DNA from: a virus
Lineage: Duplodnaviria > Heunggongvirae > Uroviricota > Caudoviricetes
Virus record (IMG/VR): IMGVR_UViG_3300024268_000010
Direction: 5' to 3' (one strand)
DNA length: 34,849 nucleotides
Under the pieces are notes generated by a model. It ran no database searches. It worked only from the letters and a program-made list of their open reading frames with translations, and had not been told where the DNA came from. Shown in pieces: positions 30,701-34,849 of this stretch. The position numbers and the translations under genes were made by a program. Numbering within the stretch: position 1 is the first letter of the stretch; each line of letters opens with the position of its first letter.

Positions 30701-33700
30701 GAAAGATATGAGTGATATTAACCAGGCAGCACTTCTTGAAATTTTAGCAGGTAAGACACGTTCAAATACTGCTGCTGCTATACTTTCAAACACAAAAGAT
30801 CTTAAAAAAGCTTATGAGCAAGCACTTGAAGCAGAAGGATCTGCTCTTGCTGAAAACGAAAAATATCTTGATTCTATTCAAGGACGTATTGACCTATTTA
30901 CTAACTCCGTTCAAACAATGTGGAACAATGCGTTAGATAGTGATGTTATAAAGTGGTTTGTAGACCTTGGTACAAAATTAATAAAAGCAGTTGACACTCT
31001 TGGTTTAATCCCAAGTATTTTGGCTACAATTGGCGCAACAAAAGGTATTACCAAACTATTTAAGTCATTTGATGTGTCAGGAGCAACCCTGCAATCTGCT
31101 TTAACATATATTAATTCACTTACAGTTGGCTTTCAAAAAAATGCCATTGCACAAACCGCCTCTAATGCTGTGATACTAAAACAAGCCGCAACCAATAAAC
31201 TATTAAATAGTTCTATTATACAGCGTTTAGCAACAGAGCAACTTGATGGGCAATTGAAAGAAGCAAATATGGCAAGAGAGGTTAAATTAGTTGCGTTAAA
31301 GCAAGCATTAGAATTGGCAGAAGAACAATACGCACAAGGTTTAATTGATGATATTGCTTTACAAACGGCCAAAAATGCTGTAGACGCGGCAAGCGTACCA
31401 ATTAATCTTAGTCAATTTTCAGCCACAACAATATTGGGTGCTGCATTTAATGGATTAGCGCTAAGTATTGCAAACGCAACCAAGGCAATGATTGCGTTTT
31501 TGTTTACCAACCCTGTTGGTTGGATGATTTTACTTGTTGGGGCTATCGTAGGTGGAGTTGCTGCATGGAACAAGTGGGGTGACACTACAGAAAATATTCA
31601 AAAGAAGCTTGAAGAACTTAAGACTGAAATTTCAGGAATAAGTTCGGAATTGGATTCTCTAAATTCTGAATTAAAAACTACGCAATCACGTATGGCGGAA
31701 TTACTTGCACTTGACAAATTGTCATTTACAGAAGAAGAAGAATTAAAAAATTTACAAAAAACCAATGACGCACTTGAAAGAAAAATATATTTGTTAGAGC
31801 AAGAACAAAAAAGGAAACAAAAGGACGCAGAGGATGAATTTGACAAACTAATGAGTGACGAGTTCACTCGTGGCACTAATCAAGCAGGTATGTCCACTAA
31901 TCTTACTGAAATACAGGCATTAGAAGCCATAAAACAGCAGCATAAAATAAACATTGGGGCTGAAAAAGAAGCAGAGGAAGCGTTGGTTGAAGCAGAACAA
32001 GGTGGCAATCAAAAAGAGATAAGAAAAGCCAAGAGAAAATTAAAAAAAGCAAAAAAGAGTGCACAACGAACACAAAAATATATAGACAATAAGCTTGAAG
32101 AATATACTACGAATGCTGATGGTATTGATTATGACACGGCAGATACTGAAACCAAAAAATATCTTGATTATGTTTATAATTTTGAAGATTGGGTTAATAT
32201 TATTAACGGAGACGATAGTGCACAAACTCACGCAATTAAAAGAATCTTCAATAAAGACGAATTCTCCACTGTATCAGACGAGATTGACGAATTAGTTGAA
32301 AAATTAAAGAAAAACCCAACAGACCAAACCGTTTTTGAAGACATTCGAAAACAGTGTCAATTAGCCGAAAAAGATTTGTTAGCTGTTGGCTTGTCTGTAG
32401 ACGAAGCGACCAGATATTTTACGCAACTTGGCTCAACATCTGGTTTTGGTGCTTTAGATAAGAAAGTAAAAGAACTTGACGAGGCGAGTAAGACTTTTGA
32501 GGAATTATTAACAAATCGTAAGGTTGACATAGATGGGGAAAGTATCGGTCTGACAGACCTGTTTGATAAAGAAGGCAAAATTATTCAAACAAAATTAAGT
32601 CAAATCTTTAAGAATACTGACGCTCAAACGCGAAAAGATATCACATCCATTCTTGAAGGATCGTATGATGATATTAAGAATGGTACGATGGATATAGGGT
32701 CGTTATTAACTAAGTTTTCATTTAAGGCAAGTAAGCAAATTATTAATATTGAAAAAGAATTATTTACTTCACACAATAAAGAACTGTTCCCAAACTTAAA
32801 AGATGAAATTTCTGGCATTATTGATACATTTGATGAACTTGCAACCGCGGTTGGCAGTGTAGTAGACGCTATGGATTTGCTTGATCAAGCAAGAGCAGAA
32901 GAAGCATATTCAGGTTCTGTATCACTAGAAACATTACAGAACTTAATGGCATATACAGATGATTATTCCAAACTTGTTTCAGTAGATGAAACTGGCGCTA
33001 TACATTTAGCAACCAATGCACAAGAAATTCTAATTCAAGAAAAATTAAATGCAATTAAAGCCAATGCGTTATTGGCATACGAAGAGGCAAATAAAGCATA
33101 TCAGGAGGCTTTGGCTGCAAAAACGAGTGTGAGTGCCGCAGACACAATTAAAAATATGCTAATTCCTGTTATTGATAGTGTATCTGGTGGTTTATCATTT
33201 TTAGGTAGTTTATGGACGAGTGTGGGTGAGGCATGGTCTGATGGATTTGGTGGAAAAACATTTAATCTTAGCGAAGCAATTAATAATGCGCAATCTGCAT
33301 ATAACAGTACAGTTAGTAGCCGACAAAATGACCGTGAGACAGAAAGTGAAACAACTTTAACACAAGCAGAAGAGGCTCTTGAGAAGGCAGAGGCAAATTT
33401 AAGGATTGCAGAAAATTTAACCGCAGACAATATTAAAACCAGATCTGATTCTGGAACTGCTTCTGGTGGAAACGACACCAAAGATGACGTCGAAAACGAC
33501 GCCTTCCAGCGTGAAATGGACTATTGGGAAAATCGTATCGCTGCAAGCCAAGCAAGATACGAGCAAGTTCAAAATGAAATTGATCTTTTGGAAGCAAAAG
33601 GACAACGTGCTAGTGCAGATCATTATAAAAAGCAAATTGAATTAGAAGATGAACGCAGAAAGCTTCTTGAAAGCCAACGGGCAGCCGCTAAAAAATACTT

Positions 33701-34849
33701 GGATGACTTGGTTAACGCTGGTAAAGAAGGGTCAGAAGAGTGGTGGAATGCGGCAGAAATTCTCAATGACATTGAAAATGAACTTGATGGTATTATTAAA
33801 AATGTTTGGGACTTATATGACGCTATTGCAGAGTTGAACAAAGAACTCTCAGAAGAAACTCATGAACGAATTTCAAATCTCGTAACCGACTTAGGAAACA
33901 TAAGAGATATACTTTCTTATGAGGATATGTTTGACGAAGAAGGTCATTTTACAGAAGCAGGTGTAGCAAATATTGCAACATATGTTGATGAAATTGCTAG
34001 ATACAAAGATGGTATTCAACAGGTTGATAAAGAGCTTAGTTCACTTGGAACATGGGAATCGTTTAGTCAAAAGAATAAACACCACTTAGATCTTGTTCAA
34101 TCTGATATTGATATTTCAAAAGCATACAATGGTAATGAGGAATATTATAAGGGATATGGAATTAAATCCGCCGAAGAATATAAAGCATTTACCGAGTTTC
34201 TTGCAAAAGGAATAACGTCTGAACAAGAATTTTATGACGAAATGATTAGGTTAACAGACCAACGAGATGATTATACAAAGGGCATTAAAGAATCTGAAAA
34301 AGCCGTTGTTGAAATGTATGAAAATCAAATCGACGCAGTAGAAGATTATACTAGTAAACTTGTAGATAGCTACAATGATTATATTGATAGTGTTAAAGAA
34401 GCGTTGGATGCCGAAAGAGAACTATACGACTTTAAGAAAAATATTGAAAGCCAAACGAAAAACATTTCGTCGCTAGAAAGACGCATATCCGCTTTGTCTG
34501 GAAGTACTGCGGCAGAAGATATAGCGGAAAGAAGAAAACTTGAGGCTGAACTTGCAGAAGCAAAAGAGGGTATTAATGACACATATCGTGATAATGCTTT
34601 GGACGCTCAACAAAATGCACTTGATAAAGAAGCGCAGGCATACGAGGAAACGATGAATCGGTATGTTGAAGGTTTGCGTAACACATTAAAAGAAGCCACA
34701 ATAGACATGACGGCATTCGTTAATACAATTGCTGGCAATGTTGTCGCAAATGCTGATACTGTATATGATCAATATACAAAAACAGGTGTGTCATTAGATC
34801 AAACTTTGGTTCAGCCGTGGTTAGATGCAAAAGCAGAAATTGAAGCTTT
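18729..34849 (+). CDS. Giant tail tape measure protein, at least 5,373 aa (3'-partial)
   Basis: ATG 18729 behind RBS AAGGAGGGTG (MADKKLQYIIEMIADD...). The same frame reads open in every block translated by hand (about 18.7-21.7, 22.6-23.7, 26.7-28.6, 30.0-31.6 kb and the end, ...DQTLVQPWLDAKAEIEA), and the ORF track lists no terminated ORF in this frame. TP901/PhageMin_Tail-type core at about 30006-30960 (IREIDSALTELKKV...WARIGYS...VLNEVGNNFAISS..IA.ALQ.SASSL...GAALRTISLRL...AGK...N), then hydrophobic segments (TNPVGWMILLVGAIVGGVAAW). Confidence 0.9.
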   Translation, partial: MADKKLQYIIEMIADDQKIRKQMKSWDWEDIMGTKGKDFGEFVADSVKNSRDDVKNAFKGLNIDWTQILGTKEIAQLEQSLTRALAKKRDMITGFIASGDTANIERTVDIVAELGNEFKSLGSNFDVKSLVRGMGALADVLAPFVKETKKIKDVFSNLFNTFDGKKGELVPTFNFEGVGKQVDAEVKKIQDSLNQLSDESKKIKINVNASSTLSQFNNEIEKISNAIDKTEDRIDELIEASQNAVKGSDVERKANIDLANTYLERATQYKKLIQMKKISKSVTDQVLYDLGMDEDIKVMFEESRDNAKKILGTLLHSDKRMENTVGIGVTAPSADDIIRAVNTAIDEVNTKAKALHTIKLKVDDQLEPISGDKIIDSFQVTKNKKTLEKEIANIINEITELDKKRLSIQNEIDNAPKKDETRVGMVNEITNKIASLEQLKKANEDLLADADNLAVQYALSTIMNGYNAIEKVVDNRQNKILDKTDEWRKRMIGAMQIDKADVNIQLGFDKGLEASTDALYNYLQQYFEENQIELHINKDAFVKEIKDAVANGGVSVGSIGGGTVDLNPQTLKNAIAEGLIAALTGDFIPNGVSSTTTQPAETSSAKKQKLVYLDPSSSYMKHMTEVVRTFAEYTQKDNAQTAKIKAFFDRKIIDVDENGKPVGVQIDKYADATSMDVADMLAKLIERHGVTLLDDFDNLLKDVGKNRIAQNFRSDLAELLHTQNIGQRTLTDEERRVHSIEVFKDLVDKSKMLEPFNVKNPKWKVSEIADFDKIFTMATNGLDQTSAEYKNIVQSFERLKTVITNEDGLDGDAQKERLQTAVLEFKESIHETYDTLTKYVNAFEMDVFVKGAKKPYRVSSRYSTLRANDAVGDDDTKLSDVRIYKDINTAALGTTARNQELKMLYTPGAKFDLTVPYPDRTDILYKDTSIDEFKEAENTVKPWKDESTAVERAEKRAKKATDSLKNAEERAAKLAETETSIQKQITEKNTQKAELEKDIAINQENIAKLNTNSRKIAGARTRLNNRQTALSAAEQAKKEAELNKKIIEGTDFSERDTELSDIFQKRAKYEAWMKNPEEYDDDIVDTLYDGIMKSYRSYKEAAEKELNRLNNVITNTPQKLSELRAKASVATQNGDLKALQKIEEEIRQAQQNQNAASKSLPSTQAEYNKYTQLLSEIYAKIARDTEADKAAFDSDFQAYISKQLKELDVREANIGADPREEAEVRLSKAEKDYQKAQKEYDKVASSEEGKAVVEIDRLKAENQTLQKQIDDLSTELTEAEAKQNKIADEKKSGTTSERLLQSTQRSEIDTLFKDADNLQQKIQKSKQEAEAVNKMVQDIMDGETYQHPKYNIKHTKKNQEKVDKHSAILRRSLYLKSVANGTAQTDDKIPTNLTPKMSNAIDELANSREIIKRLFKTESQSKLKEQVEAIQTARKNQDGLNKQDSAKRLQAAIAEFQNSIKDFGLDKFKTDDALRAEIKDRFARSESSENQLHPIVQEFYNKILKNGKQVATEWLQTTLESVVDDKSKYSNELKGLAQKDTEWMENFKPELQNAQQHLKESFQKQVKIWAESIRKKIALIDKGNLKTEEKALAIKEIEELFTLIDKASAAYTSEFRGEEFLSKKSDLDYQLKEKKISKSDYVDRFRQLIKENNEMLLKELLGDNIDLNGKKQKFVYSSYLSQDETKHTNELNANYEKILENLKQKEPLLVTRQGELLKNIELATKANDTEQVKSLETQLDQINQELAVYQSASVGSEEYFSLKERQQTLLQDIQKASMSNDITDRQKLEQLNKTLASVTNGLAKYQDYKERIERSTLTSLFFDDAEFMAQYRDTLSEIIKMEQQVDLSKAKGVSKKALSQQYQNIDTKRADLDNFVYNSLQNKQNELLADNIPSLYKHKAELETQATSLSNAITEAKNADKPFDDLSEQLQDVNKKIRENNASIAKTESLLTNVNKLLTPLELNQRRATDMDISGIAYKADEAVMNVYNKTTQEAIELEQKLALARAKGADVEEALSAQRSQKRKRTNALERAQQEREQRESENSPRVQALRYLTKTEDAYTTALEKRATLNRRIKVKEAQIDDIENDHKYSTSWQYKRHQRTVKDRLVNEYVGSEQYHNDRAAGMANVEESMKTYLEESLTPEAVEQVLYQLKQTLGKRGDKIDVTSLQDMYHDILRDSVEYQQYFEDRKLEYQKILVANAGTIDTDVSDLNLAIDAMHKSRDALEAGKERIEQEKQANIAFIKSASANDYAPLQQEMQKVATRVNLKSMVSRFKDVVAQNRSREATINNLKHQVLQAGGNQTEANHLAKELNGIGKTALKDVHAWAKEFLPKIFLTTEEEFRNQARQNLIANEERYAQREIGELQRAYTRDEKEVRSIFNRETNKGADSFINKYLGTLVDDLKESDFQDVASSQFKEIVSTFKNLLQKNVYDIVSNYSKSLVVEHGKLGGIDIRAEIRHALLQELDILQKQQPGVDEDIAHIEAQRKAAMKFGSIGYGEIADTDVLREQAILTSKLTAEKEKQKELETQIATLEKTEDSEEELGRLNKALDESNKSIATLQMLVDNRDTLLELQHQAKEDEKAEQQWTPEKQKLWLTNKLEVAKANLENADETVRKEAEQQIVRYTELLNNLEAKVATEEAERRKDSSLIGVMTKALKDAFGGKGGFALDATGIASEATLSQILQVLNGFIAAFGGKIVRDPEMEKKLARMRELEAKRGVVSEAKVNKTTSDNTKKTNEKNPIAEEMIKRIKAEVKEEKDLPKLIKALVDGIKPENKGTKEDTEDRFRLHRAFAEYKEQNKNIPGVPTYKDNKGELQHSYKELAKHLGVEGADQLRIYENKIHELANTGFVEGQKQVENEKKKTAETAKQVENENKSQSRYDRTFDKSQIRKLTSMDDVKWFTSEYLQAQQRVKDAWRMRNAKVGKEKRIEAEEYMSALMKQLESQMTEAARKKYGSAYEVPAFESLNIDSNKRIADAIGLSAITQESEKQLKNAQATTAETAKQVENEKRETSTEAILKPVLDSNKKEIIAGTSINDLKSGQKDAYANYIGKQVGSYKTSDAIFSDEKALKAKVQELKGVMSTAAKDSEEYLKAMVEMSRLISTWRNVVKKTKPEMSDNAKWQEYLTTGEGKLFDKEEEVPLGGITSSSKVTLKQTAMSLGTKISDNAKNELFVAKEAVKPIQQKAEAKEREANAEKKITEEKQKQKEVFETKGWTNKDKAEYEKLAKETKDYAPKVVFGEGGTFGGLALDSTLQDILTVIKKIKTEGIKKGGSGSNNTAKNKNKTEADLIRDRALSQDDTVKGLAAGRGDLYDKYMAEVAALNKAVDDANTAKKNKKTPDMRAVKAAAEKVSALTKNILRDTAQWDYTVKQSDIVKDFKLPKGQQMTKEIMQNAIKGTFDPKTEKYDFLNFDNGKLIYQLTDLGGHIRTVTAEWNDFNQQLAITSDKSVGKLDPLVAKVDELKTKFENAKSVGYLKGDDNNLADFTNKLAAISQATTIDDVERLRQEAINIGEIVNKTISHNKRLFAGTGAKKSVDNQYNKIIGARRASGQDFEDQFVDDSPLFNEYYNAYNQLNKDYQTYVNNHQLNDPKIQQQIQQEASKVQTLGKKYLSSVTQAAKLKELAEQSGTYTDVRTGKEHQLGGWQSITDDEIKKLDTTMRDYATSLYGANLENIKINKTTQTLTGTVRTSKDTVADIVVQYNQATQALYGYNKQERESLTGLAGFIKSMKGKMKSILQYTTSITSIYRVFGELRRGIQYIREIDSALTELKKVTSETEKTYDKFLQTASKTADIVGSTIKELVSSTADWARIGYSLEDAATLAETTAVLLNVSEFQSIEDATSALTSTLQAFSMTAETSMRAVDVLNEVGNNFAISSDGIATALQDSASSLVAANNSYEEAVALIAAANRVVQDPNSVGAALRTISLRLRGTSAKELEEAGEDTDGAIESKSKLRSKVKGLSGVDILTDTGAYKSTYEILLDISKVWKDMSDINQAALLEILAGKTRSNTAAAILSNTKDLKKAYEQALEAEGSALAENEKYLDSIQGRIDLFTNSVQTMWNNALDSDVIKWFVDLGTKLIKAVDTLGLIPSILATIGATKGITKLFKSFDVSGATLQSALTYINSLTVGFQKNAIAQTASNAVILKQAATNKLLNSSIIQRLATEQLDGQLKEANMAREVKLVALKQALELAEEQYAQGLIDDIALQTAKNAVDAASVPINLSQFSATTILGAAFNGLALSIANATKAMIAFLFTNPVGWMILLVGAIVGGVAAWNKWGDTTENIQKKLEELKTEISGISSELDSLNSELKTTQSRMAELLALDKLSFTEEEELKNLQKTNDALERKIYLLEQEQKRKQKDAEDEFDKLMSDEFTRGTNQAGMSTNLTEIQALEAIKQQHKINIGAEKEAEEALVEAEQGGNQKEIRKAKRKLKKAKKSAQRTQKYIDNKLEEYTTNADGIDYDTADTETKKYLDYVYNFEDWVNIINGDDSAQTHAIKRIFNKDEFSTVSDEIDELVEKLKKNPTDQTVFEDIRKQCQLAEKDLLAVGLSVDEATRYFTQLGSTSGFGALDKKVKELDEASKTFEELLTNRKVDIDGESIGLTDLFDKEGKIIQTKLSQIFKNTDAQTRKDITSILEGSYDDIKNGTMDIGSLLTKFSFKASKQIINIEKELFTSHNKELFPNLKDEISGIIDTFDELATAVGSVVDAMDLLDQARAEEAYSGSVSLETLQNLMAYTDDYSKLVSVDETGAIHLATNAQEILIQEKLNAIKANALLAYEEANKAYQEALAAKTSVSAADTIKNMLIPVIDSVSGGLSFLGSLWTSVGEAWSDGFGGKTFNLSEAINNAQSAYNSTVSSRQNDRETESETTLTQAEEALEKAEANLRIAENLTADNIKTRSDSGTASGGNDTKDDVENDAFQREMDYWENRIAASQARYEQVQNEIDLLEAKGQRASADHYKKQIELEDERRKLLESQRAAAKKYLDDLVNAGKEGSEEWWNAAEILNDIENELDGIIKNVWDLYDAIAELNKELSEETHERISNLVTDLGNIRDILSYEDMFDEEGHFTEAGVANIATYVDEIARYKDGIQQVDKELSSLGTWESFSQKNKHHLDLVQSDIDISKAYNGNEEYYKGYGIKSAEEYKAFTEFLAKGITSEQEFYDEMIRLTDQRDDYTKGIKESEKAVVEMYENQIDAVEDYTSKLVDSYNDYIDSVKEALDAERELYDFKKNIESQTKNISSLERRISALSGSTAAEDIAERRKLEAELAEAKEGINDTYRDNALDAQQNALDKEAQAYEETMNRYVEGLRNTLKEATIDMTAFVNTIAGNVVANADTVYDQYTKTGVSLDQTLVQPWLDAKAEIEA
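27324..27760. repeat. Two 32-bp direct repeats (27324-27355, 27729-27760) encoding TAETAKQVENE inside the tape measure gene
   Basis: actgccgagactgctaaacaggttgagaatga vs actgccgagaccgctaagcaggttgagaatga: 30/32 identical, both mismatches synonymous, 405 nt apart (135 codons). Confidence 0.85.

Noticed and set aside
122-34582. Numerous minus-strand ORFs and short alternative-frame plus-strand ORFs in the track (for example 2356..2802, 13568..14014, 18776..19267, 27037..27414, 27959..28429)
   Set aside because: All lie inside longer, RBS-supported plus-strand genes and have Ser/Phe/Leu-rich or otherwise atypical translations. They look like shadows of coding sequence.
1-34849. Stop-codon reassignment (no supported gene ends in TAG)
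   Set aside because: Long genes, including the 16-kb frame, read open under the standard code with no in-frame TAG or TGA, and TAG stops are rare in low-GC genomes.
1-34849. CRISPR arrays, tRNA/rRNA genes, IS elements, invertible shufflon repeats
   Set aside because: No regularly spaced repeats, cloverleaf motifs, transposase or recombinase ORFs, or reversed gene fragments were seen. Intergenic space is too small except at 7641-8106.

Overview
Virion tail region of a large tailed dsDNA phage (Caudoviricetes-type), low GC, standard genetic code, with every supported gene on the + strand and tightly coupled (TAATG overlaps, GGAGG/GAGGTG ribosome-binding sites). The RBS style and protein motif families suggest a Firmicutes (Clostridia-like) host; this is inference. 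Bases 1-16985 hold a long cluster of tail-fibre, appendage and adaptor genes: YadA-head-like repeats, Mtd_N-like leaders, a glycoside-hydrolase-like barrel, a degenerate BspA-type LRR protein, two paralogous adaptor genes, and a 1,252-aa fibre with an S74 chaperone. A RuvC-like resolvase and two hypothetical genes follow. From 18729 a single reading frame runs off the window end (at least 5,373 aa). It is missing from the ORF track because it has no stop in the window, and it is a tape measure protein whose TP901-type core starts only after about 3,760 aa. No tRNA, rRNA, CRISPR array, integrase, transposase or reverse transcriptase was recognised. All family assignments come from motif recognition by eye, not database searches.
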